Shown here: positions 13,683 to 24,997 of the stretch, piece after piece
Layout: the number at the start of each line of letters is the position of its first letter
Numbering within the stretch: position 1 is the first letter of the stretch
From: an uncultured Actinomycetota bacterium
Lineage (GTDB): Bacteria > Actinomycetota > Actinomycetes > Propionibacteriales > Nocardioidaceae
Reading direction: 5' to 3'
DNA length: 64,000 nt
Assembly (NCBI GenBank): GCA_963707475.1
Contig: CAVPQC010000005.1
Location: 2,772,603 to 2,836,602, forward strand
Notes under the pieces: generated by a model
The model's database searches: none
The model's input: only the letters and a program-made list of their open reading frames with translations
Told to the model about the DNA's origin: nothing
Position numbers and translations under genes: made by a program

Positions 13683-14768
13683 ATGCGCGTGAAGCGGACG
13701 CACAGCTTGGTGCTGGCAGGACTCTTGGCTTCGACGATGGCGATCAGTGCCTGTGGAAGCAACAACAACAACGGCGACTCGGGTAGCAGCGACAGTAAGG
13801 GCAAGATCGGTGTGATCCTGCCTGACACGAAGTCCTCGGTCCGGTGGGAGAGCGCGGACCGTCCGGCGCTGGAGGCGGCGTTCAAGAAGGCTGGCGTCGA
13901 CTACGACATCCAGAACGCTGAAGGCGACGCCGACAAGATGGCGACGATCGCGGACAGCATGATCACCGACGGCGTGACCGTTCTGGCGATCGTGAACCTG
14001 GACTCCGACTCGGGCGCGGCCATCGAGCAGAAGGCGGCCAAGCAGGGCGTCAAGACGATCGACTACGACCGGCTCACCCTGGGTGGCGACGCCGACGTCT
14101 ACATCTCCTACGACAACAGCAAGGTCGGCGCCCTGCAGGGCAAGGGCCTGGAGAAGTGCCTCGGCAAGAAGCCTGCGAACGTCATCTACCTGAACGGTTC
14201 GCCGACGGACAACAACGCCACCCTCTTCTCACAAGGCGCGCACAGCGTTCTCGACAAGGTGGCTTCCTACAAGAAGGTCGGCGAGCAGGCCGTCCCCGAC
14301 TGGGACAACGACAAGGCCGTCACAATCTTCGAGCAGCTGTACACGAAGGTGGACGGCAAGGTCGACGGCGTCTACGCCGCCAACGATGGTCTCGCCGGCG
14401 GCGTGATCTCGATCCTGAAGAAGAACGGCCAGGCCGGCAAGGTCCCCGTCACGGGTCAGGACGCCACGGTCGAGGGTCTGCAGAACATCCTCGCCGGCAC
14501 GCAGTGCATGACGATCCAGAAGTCGGCAACGGGCCAGGCCGGTGCTCTCGCCGACGCCGCCATCGCGATGGTCAAGGGCGACAAGCCCAACACGACCGGC
14601 ACGGTCCACGACGACACGGGCAACCGTGATGTGCCGGCGATCCTGCTCGACCCGGTGGCGATCGACAAGTCGAACGTCAAGGCGGTCATCGACTCAGGTG
14701 ACATGAAGGCCTCCGACCTGTGCACGGGCGAGTTCGCCCAGCTGTGCACTGACGCTGGCATCAGCTGA
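13683..14768 (+). CDS. Sugar ABC substrate-binding lipoprotein (XylF-like)
   Basis: Lipobox ISAC; LPDTKSSVRWE, IDYDRL, PVTGQDA. Confidence 0.9.
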   Translation: MRVKRTHSLVLAGLLASTMAISACGSNNNNGDSGSSDSKGKIGVILPDTKSSVRWESADRPALEAAFKKAGVDYDIQNAEGDADKMATIADSMITDGVTVLAIVNLDSDSGAAIEQKAAKQGVKTIDYDRLTLGGDADVYISYDNSKVGALQGKGLEKCLGKKPANVIYLNGSPTDNNATLFSQGAHSVLDKVASYKKVGEQAVPDWDNDKAVTIFEQLYTKVDGKVDGVYAANDGLAGGVISILKKNGQAGKVPVTGQDATVEGLQNILAGTQCMTIQKSATGQAGALADAAIAMVKGDKPNTTGTVHDDTGNRDVPAILLDPVAIDKSNVKAVIDSGDMKASDLCTGEFAQLCTDAGIS

Positions 14769-14775
14769 TCGACAG

Positions 14776-14808
14776 GTGGTGGCCCCCGGATCATCCGGGG
14801 GCCACCAC
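14776..14808 (+). terminator. Strong intercistronic stem-loop after the binding-protein gene
   Basis: GTGGTGGCCCCCGGAT-C-ATCCGGGGGCCACCAC, 16-bp inverted repeat. Confidence 0.7.
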
Positions 14809-14858
14809 TCCGGCCACGGCCGAGCACCCCACCAGCACCCTGCCCCCTGGAGGCCGCG

Positions 14859-15638
14859 ATGAGCGACCAGACCCCCCTTCTCTCCCTGCGAGGGATAAAC
14901 AAGACCTTCGGCGTGGTCCACGTGCTGCACGACGTCGACCTCTCCCTCTACTCCGGCCAGGTCACCGCTCTCGTGGGTGACAACGGCGCCGGGAAGTCGA
15001 CGCTGGTCAAGTGCCTCGCCGGTATCCACCCCGCCGACAACGGCGAGTACCTCTTCGACGGCCGCCCCGTCTCGGTGCACAGCCCCAAGGACGCCGCCGC
15101 ACTCGGCATCGAGGTCGTTTACCAGGACCTCGCACTGTGCGAGAACCTCGACATCGTCGAGAACATGTTCCTCGGGCGCGAGCAGACCAGGAACGGTCTG
15201 CTGCTCGACGAGACCACGATGGAGACCAGGGCACGCGAGGCGCTGACCTCGCTCTCGGTCCGCACCGTGAAGTCGGTGCGGCAGAGTGTCGCGAGCCTCT
15301 CCGGTGGCCAGCGCCAGACCGTCGCGATCGCCAAGTCGGTGCTGTGGAACTCCAAGGTCGTGCTCCTCGACGAGCCGACCGCAGCCCTCGGTGTCGCCCA
15401 GACCCGTCAGGTGCTGGACCTGGTCCGGCGTCTCGCCGACTCCGGTGTCGGGGTGCTGCTGATCTCGCACAACCTCACCGACGTGTTCGAGGTCGCCGAC
15501 CGGATCACCGCGCTCTACCTCGGCCGGGTCGCTGCGGACGTCGCGACCAAGGACGTCACCTCACGTCAGGTCGTCGAGCTGATCACCACCGGCCACTCAT
15601 CCGAGATCGAGGGCGCCCCGGCGCCGTCGACGGTCTGA
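14859..15638 (+). CDS. Sugar ABC ATP-binding protein
   Basis: GDNGAGKST, LSGGQRQ, LLDEPT. Confidence 0.93.
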   Translation: MSDQTPLLSLRGINKTFGVVHVLHDVDLSLYSGQVTALVGDNGAGKSTLVKCLAGIHPADNGEYLFDGRPVSVHSPKDAAALGIEVVYQDLALCENLDIVENMFLGREQTRNGLLLDETTMETRAREALTSLSVRTVKSVRQSVASLSGGQRQTVAIAKSVLWNSKVVLLDEPTAALGVAQTRQVLDLVRRLADSGVGVLLISHNLTDVFEVADRITALYLGRVAADVATKDVTSRQVVELITTGHSSEIEGAPAPSTV

Positions 15639-15653
15639 CTGCGAAGGATCGCT

Positions 15654-16938
15654 ATGACCGACACCACCACCACCGAGCCGGAGTCCACCGAGGCCGAGGA
15701 CGTCGGCTTCGCCTCCGACCTCACCCAGTCCACGACGCTAGGTGAGTCCGTCCGGGCGTACTTCACCCGGGTGCGAGGCGGCGACATGGGCGCCCTGCCT
15801 TCCGTGCTCGGGCTGGTCGTCCTGTTCGTCGTCTTCGGCATCGCAAACGACCGCTTCCTGTCCGACCTGAACATGGCCAACCTGATCTCCCAGTCCGGAT
15901 CGATCATCATCCTGGCGATGGCGACTCGTGCCCGTGCTGCTGCTCGGCGACATCGACCTGTCCGCCGGGGTCGCGGGCGGCGTGGCGGCGTGCGTGATGG
16001 GCCTGGAGCTGGTCAAGCACGACCAGCCCTGGTACCTCGCGGTGCTCGCCGGCCTGGCCACGGGCGCCGTGATCGGCCTGATCATCGGCGTGCTCGTCGC
16101 CAAGCTCGGCATCCCGTCGTTCGTGGTGACCCTGGCATTCTTCCTCGGACTGCAGGGCGTCACCCTGAAGCTGATCGGCGAGGGCGGCTCGGTGCGGATC
16201 GACGACCCGGTCATCAGCGGCATCGCCAACGACAACCTCACGCCCTTCTGGGGCTGGATCCTCACCATCGCGGTCATCGCGGGCTACGCGACCATCACGC
16301 TGTGGGGCCACCACCGCAAGGTCGCCCAGAACCTCCAGCATCAGCCGCTGGCGGTCGTGGTGGCCCAGAACATCGCGCTCGCCGTGATCCTGCTCGCCGT
16401 CACCTACCTGCTCAACCAGAACCGCAGCGTCAACCCGAACTTCCCGATCGAGGGCATCCCGTACGTCCTGCCGGTGGTCGCGGTGCTGCTGATCCTGTGG
16501 ACCTTCATCCTCGGGCGCACGACCTTCGGCCGGCACGTCTACGCGGTCGGCGGCAACTCCGAGGCGGCACGCCGTGCCGGCATCAGGGTCGACCGGATCC
16601 GGATCCTGGTGTTCATCTGCTGCTCCACCATGGCCGCGGTCAGCGGCATCGTCGCTGCGTCCTACGGCGGCAAGGTGTCGACCTCGTCCGGCGGCGGCAA
16701 CGTGCTGCTCTACGCGGTCGGCGCAGCGGTCATCGGCGGCACCAGCCTGTTCGGCGGCAAGGGCAAGGCCCGGGACGCCGTCATCGGCGGCCTGGTGATC
16801 GCAACGATCGCCAACGGTCTCGGCCTGCTCGACCAGGCCTCGTACATCAACTTCCTCGTCACCGGTGGCGTGCTGCTGCTCGCGGCCAGCGTGGACGCCA
16901 TCTCGCGGCGAAGGCGGTCCGCGACGGGCACGAGTTGA
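15654..16938 (+). CDS. Sugar ABC permease (XylH-like), one frameshift near 15925
   Basis: LLLGDIDLS, FGRHVYAVGGN, VIGGTSLFGGKG. Confidence 0.9.
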
Positions 16939-18177
16939 GCAAGAATCCGGACGGCCGTCCGGGAAGCGGGACCAACCAGGAGGGTGTACGACGGCACAAC
17001 CTCGGCACCCTCCTGCGGCACGTGCACCGGGTGCGGCAGATCTCTCGTGCCGAGCTGACCTCCCTGATGGCGCTGAACCGCAGCACCATCGCTGGTCTGG
17101 TCGCCGAACTGGAGTCGCTCGGTGCCACGGAGCAGGCCAGACCCATCGCCGGTGCGCCACGGTGCGGGTCGACCGTCGACCGAGGTCCGGATCACGACGA
17201 CCGGTCCCTACGTGATGGCTGTCGACGTCGCCGTGGGACGGCTGATGGTCGCCCGGGTGGGCCTCGGCGGTGTGGTCCAGGGCCGGGCGACGGCACCGCT
17301 TCCCGGCAAGCCCGACCCGGAGCAGGTTGCGCGCACGGTGGTCCGGCTAGTCTCCGAGCTGGTCGCCGGAGCCCCGCGGGGCGCACCGCTGGTCGGCATG
17401 GGAATCAGCCTTCCGGGCGTGATCAGGCGCACGGACGGCGTGGTCCGCTCCGCTCCCAACCTGGGTTGGCACGACGTCCCGTTCGGCGACATGATCACCG
17501 GCCGGCTGGGACCCGAGCTCCCGGTGTCACTGGGAAACGACGGAAACCTCGGTGCGCTCGCCGAGCACCTGCGGGGCGCGGGAGTCGGAGTGGACAACCT
17601 CGTCTACCTCTCCGGCCTGGTCGGGGTCGGAGCGGGCCTGATCATGGGCGGCGTGCCCCTGGAGGGGGCGGGTGGGTACGCCGGCGAGATCGGGCACATG
17701 CTCTACCGCGCCGACGGTCGGGTGTGTCACTGCGGCAGCCAGGGGTGCTGGGAGACCGAGGTCGGTGCCGAGGCGATCGCGAAGGCGATCGGCTGTCCCC
17801 CCGACGCAGTGACGTCCCTCTCGGAGTTCCTCGACGAGCTCGACGGCCCTACTCCCGAGCTCCGCGAGATCGGCCGGCACGTGGGCCTGGGACTCGCCAG
17901 CGCTGTCAACCTGCTGAACCCGCAGGTCATCCTGATGGGCGGCTACGTACGGTCGCTCTACGCGCTGGTCCATGCCGACGTCCTCGAGGCCCTGCGCTCG
18001 CGTGCCATGCAGGCGTCCGGAGAGTCGGTGACCCTCGAGGTTCCGGGGCTTGGCGAGGACTCCGTGCTGCTCGGTGCCGCCGAGATGGCCTTCGCACCCC
18101 TCTTCGAGGACCCGGTCACCGCGCTCTCCGGTTCCCGGATCGCACTGCCGGCCGACCTGGCGCACCCGGCGTCGTAG
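16935..18177 (+). CDS. ROK-family transcriptional regulator, frameshift near 17140
   Basis: HTH ISRAELTSLMALNRSTI; GYAGEIGH, CHCGSQGCWE. Confidence 0.88.
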
Positions 18178-18192
18178 GCGGCCCGGCCGGGA

Positions 18193-18359
18193 TCAGGGCA
18201 CCGGGGCGAGGTCGACCTGTCCGCTAGGAACCGGCTGCAACGACCGCTCGGCGGCGCCCATCGCGGCGGCGTGGATACCGAGCGTGCTCAGCCGCAGGCT
18301 CGGGGGAAGGCGCAGGGACCATGGACCCCTTTTAAGTACGAGACATGAACCAAAGTCAA
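18193..18359 (-). pseudogene. Possible internally deleted ROK gene remnant with its promoter
   Basis: TTGACT at 18359-18354, ATG at 18322, then out-of-frame SLRLSTLGIHAAAMGAAERSLQP resembling a ROK C-terminus. Confidence 0.4.
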
Positions 18360-18372
18360 CGAACCAGCGGGC

Positions 18373-19656
18373 TCAGATCGTGACCGGGAGCGCCTCGACG
18401 CCGTACACGATGCTCTGGGCTCGGTACGCGAGGTCCGCGGCCGGTACGGCGAGCCGCAGGTCGGGGAAGCGTCGCGCCAGCATCGGGAACGCCATCCGCA
18501 GCTCCATCCGTGCCAGCTCGGCACCGACGCAGCGGTGGAACCCGTAGCCGAACGCGAGGTGCGACCCGCTCGCACGCGCCAGGTCGACCCCGTCGCCGGG
18601 GGTGGCGCGCGGGTCGCGGTTGGCCGCCGGCAGGTGGGTCATGACCACCGAGCCCTTGCTGATCGGGATGCCGGCGACGACCACGTCGTCCTTGGCGAAC
18701 CGTGCAAACGCCACCTGCACCACCGACAGAATGCGGAGCAGCTCCTCGACGATCGCGTCGACGTCACCCGTCTCGTTGTCCGGGTCGGCGACCAGCCGGT
18801 CCCACAGGTCGCGGTTCTCCAGCAGCACCGCGGTGCCGAGCGCGAGCATCGAGGCACTGGTCTCGAGGCCACCCGTGAACACGCCGTCGGCCAGGCCACC
18901 GAGGTCGAAGTCGTTGATCTCCTCGCCGTGCTCCCGGATGATCTGGCCGATCAGGCCGGGTCCCGGCTCGTGGCGCTGCCGGGCGGCCTCGGCGAGCAGG
19001 AAGTCGCGCGAGCCGCCGATCGCGCCGACGGTGCCGGTGCCCCCCTTCGAGACGTCGAAGCGCGCCGTGGCCAGCGAGCTGAACGTCTCCCGCTTCTCGT
19101 CCGGCATGCCGAGCAGGTCGCAGATCACCAGGAACGGCACCGGGAACGCGTAGGTCGGCACCAGGTCGACCGTGCCGTCGCCCGCGGCCGCGGCGCGCTC
19201 CACCTCGTCGAGCTGGTGCTCGATGATCGCCTTGATCCCGGGTCCGAGCCGGCGGAGCCGGCGCATCGTGAACTCGGGGGTCAGGAGCTTGCGCAGCCGC
19301 GTGTGCTCCGGCGGGTCGGTGAACCCGAGCCCGCCGAAGTCACCGTCGGTGGTCGAGCCCCGCCGGCCCATGTAGGGGCGGATGTCCGTCGAGTACGACG
19401 TCGTGTCGCCCAGCACCTCGCGTGCCTCGGCGTCGCCGGTCACCAGCCAGATGTCGAGGCCGAGGAACGAGGTCAGCTTGTGCACCGGCGCCTCGTCTCG
19501 CACCCGTCCCAGGCGGGCGGTCGGCGCCATCAGGTCCCGGTTGAGCGGCCACGAGAGGGTGTCGGGCACCTTGTCCAGCCGGGACAGGTCGATGCCGTCC
19601 GAGCGCGCGATCAGGGTGCGACGTACCGCACCCTTGATTGATGACACGACACCCAT
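18373..19656 (-). CDS. Cytochrome P450
   Basis: DPPEHTRLR, GGLETS, EELLR, FGYGFHRCVG. Confidence 0.95.
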   Translation of the reverse strand: MGVVSSIKGAVRRTLIARSDGIDLSRLDKVPDTLSWPLNRDLMAPTARLGRVRDEAPVHKLTSFLGLDIWLVTGDAEAREVLGDTTSYSTDIRPYMGRRGSTTDGDFGGLGFTDPPEHTRLRKLLTPEFTMRRLRRLGPGIKAIIEHQLDEVERAAAAGDGTVDLVPTYAFPVPFLVICDLLGMPDEKRETFSSLATARFDVSKGGTGTVGAIGGSRDFLLAEAARQRHEPGPGLIGQIIREHGEEINDFDLGGLADGVFTGGLETSASMLALGTAVLLENRDLWDRLVADPDNETGDVDAIVEELLRILSVVQVAFARFAKDDVVVAGIPISKGSVVMTHLPAANRDPRATPGDGVDLARASGSHLAFGYGFHRCVGAELARMELRMAFPMLARRFPDLRLAVPAADLAYRAQSIVYGVEALPVTI

Positions 19657-19823
19657 GTGCTGTCCTCCAACCCGCGCTGTGCCCTGCGGGATCCTACCCG
19701 TGCGGGACGGTCCGGACGTCGCGCGGGGGCCTGACCGCGAGCCTGCCGACACTCTAGGTTGGGTTCCATGAACACCCCAACCGACCACTCGCTCCGCTCG
19801 CGCTCGGCCGGGGACCCCGAAAG

Positions 19824-21206
19824 ATGAGCGCCACCGCTTCGTCGTACTCGATCACCATGCGGCTCTACACCGACCCCGATCCCGGGGTGATCGGCACCGT
19901 CGCCACGACGATCGCGACGGCCGGCGGGATCGTGACCGCGATGGACATGGCCGAGTCGCGCCACGACCGGTTGGTCGTGGACGTCACCTGCTCCGCGCAG
20001 GACTCCGAGCACAGCCAGGCCGTCGTCGCCAAGGTCGAGGCGATCGAGGGCGTGACCGTGCACAAGGTCTCCGACCGCACGTTCCTGCTGCACATCGGCG
20101 GCAAGATCGAGGTGACGTCCAAGGTTCCGCTCCGCACCCGTGACGACCTCTCGATGGCCTACACCCCGGGTGTGGGCCGGGTCTCGCTGGCGCTGGCAAA
20201 CAACCCCGACGACGTGCGCAAGCTGACCATCAAGGGCAACACCGTGGCGGTCGTGACCGACGGCTCGGCGGTGCTCGGCCTCGGCAACATCGGTCCGGGC
20301 GCGGCCCTGCCCGTGATGGAGGGCAAGGCCGCGCTGTTCAAGCGCTTCGCCGGCATCGACGCCTGGCCGATCTGCCTGGCCAGCCAGGACACCGACGAGA
20401 TCGTGCGCGCCGTGGAGATGATCGCGCCCGGCTTCGGCGGGATCAACCTCGAGGACATCGCGGCCCCACGCTGCTTCGAGGTCGAGGCGCGGCTGCGCGA
20501 GTCGCTCGACATCCCGGTCTTCCACGACGACCAGCACGGCACCGCGATCGTGGTGCTGGCCGCCCTCACCAACGCCCTGCGCTGCGTCAAGAAGTCGCTG
20601 CCAGACGTGCGGATCGTGGTCGCCGGCGCGGGTGCGGCCGGCAGCGCGATCGTCACCCTGCTGCTCGCCGCGGGGGCCGGCGAGGTCACCGTCTGGGACC
20701 GCGAGGGCCTGCTGTCCCGCGACGACGACCAGCTGTCCGAGGCGAAGGCGCGGCTGGCCGCGGTCACCAACTCCGAGCTGCGCCGCGGCGAGCTCCACGA
20801 CGGGCTCAAGGGCGCCGACGTGTTCATCGGGGTCTCCGCGCCCAACGTGCTGCAGCCCGAGTGGCTGGCCGACATGGCGGCCGACCCGGTCGTCTTCGCG
20901 CTGGCCAATCCCGACCCGGAGATCGACCCGGTGGCGGCGGCGCCGTACGCCGCGGTGGTGGCGAGCGGCCGCTCGGACTACCCCAACCAGATCAACAACG
21001 TGCTCGCCTTCCCCGGCGTCTTCCGCGGGCTCCTCGACGCCCGTGCCTCCGAGATCACGATCGACATGTTGCTGCGCGCCGCGGACGCGATCGCCCGCAC
21101 CGTCAAGGACGAGGAGCTCAACGCCTCGTTCATCATCCCGTCGGTGTTCAACATGGAAGTGCCGAAGGCGGTCGCCGCGGCGATCAGCCACCGGGAGGGC
21201 TCATGA
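19824..21206 (+). CDS. Malic enzyme with N-terminal ACT domain
   Basis: DLSMAYTPGVG, VMEGKAALFK, FHDDQHGT, GRSDYPNQINN. Confidence 0.93.
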   Translation: MSATASSYSITMRLYTDPDPGVIGTVATTIATAGGIVTAMDMAESRHDRLVVDVTCSAQDSEHSQAVVAKVEAIEGVTVHKVSDRTFLLHIGGKIEVTSKVPLRTRDDLSMAYTPGVGRVSLALANNPDDVRKLTIKGNTVAVVTDGSAVLGLGNIGPGAALPVMEGKAALFKRFAGIDAWPICLASQDTDEIVRAVEMIAPGFGGINLEDIAAPRCFEVEARLRESLDIPVFHDDQHGTAIVVLAALTNALRCVKKSLPDVRIVVAGAGAAGSAIVTLLLAAGAGEVTVWDREGLLSRDDDQLSEAKARLAAVTNSELRRGELHDGLKGADVFIGVSAPNVLQPEWLADMAADPVVFALANPDPEIDPVAAAPYAAVVASGRSDYPNQINNVLAFPGVFRGLLDARASEITIDMLLRAADAIARTVKDEELNASFIIPSVFNMEVPKAVAAAISHREGS

Positions 21207-21907
21207 GCGGGGCCGGGATCCGTTACGACACGGTTGTGCTCGACGTCGACGGAACGCTGGTCGACACGGTCTACCAGCACGTCGTGATCTGGGCCGAGGC
21301 GTTCGCGGCGTACGACGTGCACGTGCCGCTGTGGCGCATCCACCGGGCGATCGGCATGGGCGGCGACCGGCTGGTAACGGAGGTGGCCGGCGAGGACGTG
21401 GAGCGTGATCACGGGGACGACATCCGCGGCAAGCACGACGAGCAGTTCGACAAGACCATCGACGAGATCCGGGCGCTGCCGGGAGCCGAGCGCCTCGTGC
21501 AGGACCTCCGTCGTCGCAAGCTGACCGTGCTCGTCGCGAGCTCGGGCCAGGCCGGGCAGACCGAGCGGCTGCTCGACCTCGTCGGCGGCGCGCGGCAGGC
21601 GGACGCTTTGACGACGAGTGCCGACGTGGAGACGTCGAAGCCGGCGCCCGATGTGGTCGAGGTGGCTCTCGCCCGCGTCGGCAAGGGTCCGGCCGTGGTG
21701 GTGGGCGACACCGTCTGGGACGTCCAAGCCGCACGGGATGGCGGCCACTACGCGGTCGGGCTGCTGTCCGGGGGCTTCAGTGAGGCAGAGCTGCGGGAGG
21801 CGGGCGCCGACCGGGTGTTCTCCACCACCGAGGAGCTCCGTCAGGCGCTCGACGACCTGCCTCTCCGCACGAGCGATCCGGGAAGCAACCGCTCGACGCG
21901 CGCATGA
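21203..21907 (+). CDS. HAD-family hydrolase
   Basis: LDVDGTLVD, SKPAPD, VGDTVWD. Confidence 0.9.
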   Translation: MSGAGIRYDTVVLDVDGTLVDTVYQHVVIWAEAFAAYDVHVPLWRIHRAIGMGGDRLVTEVAGEDVERDHGDDIRGKHDEQFDKTIDEIRALPGAERLVQDLRRRKLTVLVASSGQAGQTERLLDLVGGARQADALTTSADVETSKPAPDVVEVALARVGKGPAVVVGDTVWDVQAARDGGHYAVGLLSGGFSEAELREAGADRVFSTTEELRQALDDLPLRTSDPGSNRSTRA

Positions 21908-23458
21908 GCCAGTGCGGCACGGGCGGCGTTCATGCCCGCGGCGCCGTGGACCCCGCCACCCGGGTGCGCGGACGACGAGCCCAGGTAGAGGCCGGCGACC
22001 CCCGTCTCCGCGCGCCCGGTGCCGGGGACCGGACGGAAGACCAGCTCCTGGTGCAGCTGCGACGTGCCGCCGTTGATCGAACCGCCGACCAGGCTGGCGT
22101 TGCGTGCCTCGAGGTCGTGCGGTCCGAGGACGCGGCGGCTCAGGACGCGGGAGCCGAAGCCGGGCGCGAGGACCTCGATCCGTTGCTGCATGCGGTCGGC
22201 GAACCGTTCCTTCTCGCTGGCGTCCCACGTGCCGCGGATGCCACCCTCCCCCGCGTCGTCGGTCGCGTGCTGGGGCACGTGGGTGTAGGCCCACATCGAC
22301 TCGGTGCCCGCCGGTGACCGCGTCGGATCGGTGGTCGTCATCTGGCCAGCGAGCAGGAACGGCCGCGCCGGCACCAGGCCCGCCGCCACCTGCGCCAACG
22401 CCTCGGTCGCGTCCGCGACGCTGTCCGCGACGTGCACCGTTCCCGGTCGGTACGGCGGGGTCCCCGCCCACGGCACCACGCCGTCGAGCGCCCAGTCGAC
22501 CTTGACCGTGGCTGGGTCCAGCTGGAAGCGTTTCATGCCCTTCCGGGTCGACGCCGGGACGTCCGCGGGCGCGAGCAGCCGACCGTAGAGCAGCGGAGCG
22601 GTCACCGCCGCCACCACGGCCCGCCTCGCGCCGAACCGGGTCCCGCCGCGCAGCCCGACTTCGCGGGCACGGCCGTCGCGGACGACGATCTCGGACACCT
22701 CGGCGTCGCACCGGATCTCGCCTCCGCGCGCTCGCAGCCGGCCGGCCAGCGCCTCGGCGAGCCGGCCCGCGCCTCCCTCGGGGACCGGGAAGCCGACCGT
22801 CTGCCCGAGCATGCTCATCAGGATCGCCATCAGGCCGGAACCGGGAGCGTCGAGCGGGATGTCGGTGTGCCCGGCGTTGCCGGCCAGCAGCAGCCGGGGC
22901 GCGTCCCCGCCGAAGTAGCCGTTGCCCAGGTCGGCCGCCGGGGTGAGCAGCTTGCGCACCGAGACTCAGACCACCGGCACGCCGCAGCCGGGCGAGGATG
23001 CGCAGGCCGGGCCGCACCGGCGGGAACGGGGTCAGCAGCGCGTCGATCAGCGCCTCCCCCACGACGTCCCACTCGGCGCAGAGCTCGAGCCACGCCTCGC
23101 CGTCGCCGCGGTGCCGCTCCTCGGCCAGCGCGGCGGTCACACCGGGGTCACGGTGGAGCAATGCCCACGACCCGTCGCGCAGCGGGTGGCCCAGCACCGC
23201 CGGCGCGTGCCGCCAGACCAGGCCGTGCTCCTCGAGCGCGAACGAGCGGATCGCCCGCGAGGCCGCAGCCAGCGGGTAGAAGGCGCTGAAGGTGTCGTGC
23301 ACGAAGCCGGGGTGCACCTCGGTGTCGCTCCGCACGGCGCCGCCCACGTCCGGCTGCGCCTCGAGCACCAGCACCGACCAGCCCGCGTCGACGAGCCGGT
23401 TGGCCGCCACCAGGCCGTTGGGTCCCGCGCCGACGACGACGGCGTCGTACGTGCTCAC
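21841..23458 (-). CDS. Phytoene desaturase-family FAD oxidoreductase, frameshift near 22965
   Basis: DAVVVGAGPNGL, LYLGSSSAHPGGGVHG. Confidence 0.88.
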
Positions 23459-23460
23459 GC

Positions 23461-23904
23461 TCAGGCTGGGTCGGAGCGACGCTCGGCGAGGAACGCCAGC
23501 CGGCGCAGGGTCTCGACGTTGCGCCAGTGCAGGCCGAGGTCGCGGGCGGGCTTCGGCACCAGGAGGGCCGGCCCGGACTCCGCGTCCTCCTCGATCTCGA
23601 CCACCGTCTCCGCACCCGAGCCGCTGAGCTGGATGGTGACGTGCGCGTCACCGGCCGGCCACGCCCTGGCGCGCAGCCGAAGCAGCGAGTGCGGGGTGCA
23701 CTCCAGCACCGACGTCGTGTCGTCGACGAGCAAGGGCCACGACCCGACCGAGTGGTGGAGCCGGGAGCCCACGGCCGGCCAGGTGTCGTCGACCTCGCGC
23801 ATCCGCGTGGCGCCTACCACCCACAGGGGGTAGAGCCACCCGTCGGCGAGCACGTCCCAGACGCGGTCGGGGGTGGTATCGATCCGGCGTTCGTTGCTGG
23901 CCAT
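23461..23904 (-). CDS. SRPBCC-family protein
   Basis: VWDVLADGWLYPLWVVGA. Confidence 0.85.
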   Translation of the reverse strand: MASNERRIDTTPDRVWDVLADGWLYPLWVVGATRMREVDDTWPAVGSRLHHSVGSWPLLVDDTTSVLECTPHSLLRLRARAWPAGDAHVTIQLSGSGAETVVEIEEDAESGPALLVPKPARDLGLHWRNVETLRRLAFLAERRSDPA

Positions 23905-24044
23905 GGTTCCTGTCTACCCCTGGCGTAGAGCTCCGCGATGCCCCTGCGGGGGTGGAATCCCTTCGGGCACGCCCGTAGGGACGTAGGCGGCACGGGCCGG
24001 ATGCGCGAGTCTGCAGAGACCTCCTCTGCTTCGAAAGGCCACCC

Positions 24045-24545
24045 ATGTCGACCGACGCCATCGTGCTGCTCAAGAACGACCACAAGGAGATCCGCAAGCT
24101 GTTCACCCAGTTCGAGAAGGCCGGTGAGAACGCCCACGCCGCCAAGGGCAAGCTGGTCGACCGGATGATCGAGCTGCTCACCCAGCACACGTACATCGAG
24201 AACGAGGTCATGTACCCGCGCGTCCGCGCACTCCTCCCCGAGGTCGAGGACGACGTCCTGGAGTCCTACGAGGAGCACCACGTCGCCGACGTGCTGGTCG
24301 TGGAGCTCGCCGCGATGAAGCCGGACGCCGAGCGGTTCACCGCGAAGACCACGGTGCTGATCGAGAACGTCCGCCACCACATCGAGGAAGAGGAGCAGGA
24401 GTGGTTCCCCAAGGTACGTGAGGGCCTCGGGCGCACCGTGCTCCAGGACATCGGCGCCGAGATGATCGAGGCGCGCAAGCATGCCCCGAAGCGGCCCTCA
24501 CAGCCCAGCGCTCTCAAGAAGACGCTCGACGCCGTCATCTCCTGA
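24045..24545 (+). CDS. Hemerythrin-domain protein
   Basis: LKNDH, HTYIENE, EEHH, HHIEEEE. Confidence 0.9.
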   Translation: MSTDAIVLLKNDHKEIRKLFTQFEKAGENAHAAKGKLVDRMIELLTQHTYIENEVMYPRVRALLPEVEDDVLESYEEHHVADVLVVELAAMKPDAERFTAKTTVLIENVRHHIEEEEQEWFPKVREGLGRTVLQDIGAEMIEARKHAPKRPSQPSALKKTLDAVIS

Positions 24546-24600
24546 GCCGAACCGCACGCACGATCAGGCGTACGACGGGCGGGACCGGCATGCTGGTCCG

Positions 24601-24978
24601 GTGATCGGACGCGCGCACCACGTCGTACTGGACTGTCCCGACCCGGTGGCCCTGGCCGCGTTCTACGCGGAGCTGCTGGGACTGCACGTGACCTACCGCA
24701 GCGACGACTGGGTGGTCGTCTCGCAGCGGCCGGACACGTCGGGGTTCGCGTTCCAGCTCGCACCTGACCACCGGGCTCCGGAGTGGGGTGACCCGCAGCG
24801 GCCGCAGCAGGTGCACGTGGACGTGATGGTCGACGACGTCGAGGCCGCCGAGCCGAAGGTCGAGGCGCTCGGTGCCCGGCGGCTGGCGTCCGAGCACGGC
24901 TCGGTCTGGGCCGACCCGGCCGGTCACCCGTTCTGCCTGATCCCACGTCCGGGCTGGGCGCCGGTGATCGGCGGCTGA
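24601..24978 (+). CDS. VOC/glyoxalase-family protein
   Basis: VVLDCPDPVALAAFY, QQVHVDV, DPAGHPFCL. Confidence 0.88.
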   Translation: MIGRAHHVVLDCPDPVALAAFYAELLGLHVTYRSDDWVVVSQRPDTSGFAFQLAPDHRAPEWGDPQRPQQVHVDVMVDDVEAAEPKVEALGARRLASEHGSVWADPAGHPFCLIPRPGWAPVIGG

Positions 24979-24997
24979 GTCCCGCCCACGCGCGGGC

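Noticed and set aside
21841-23458. Carotenoid biosynthesis cluster
   Set aside because: No crtB, crtE or cyclase genes nearby; this is a lone phytoene desaturase-family oxidoreductase
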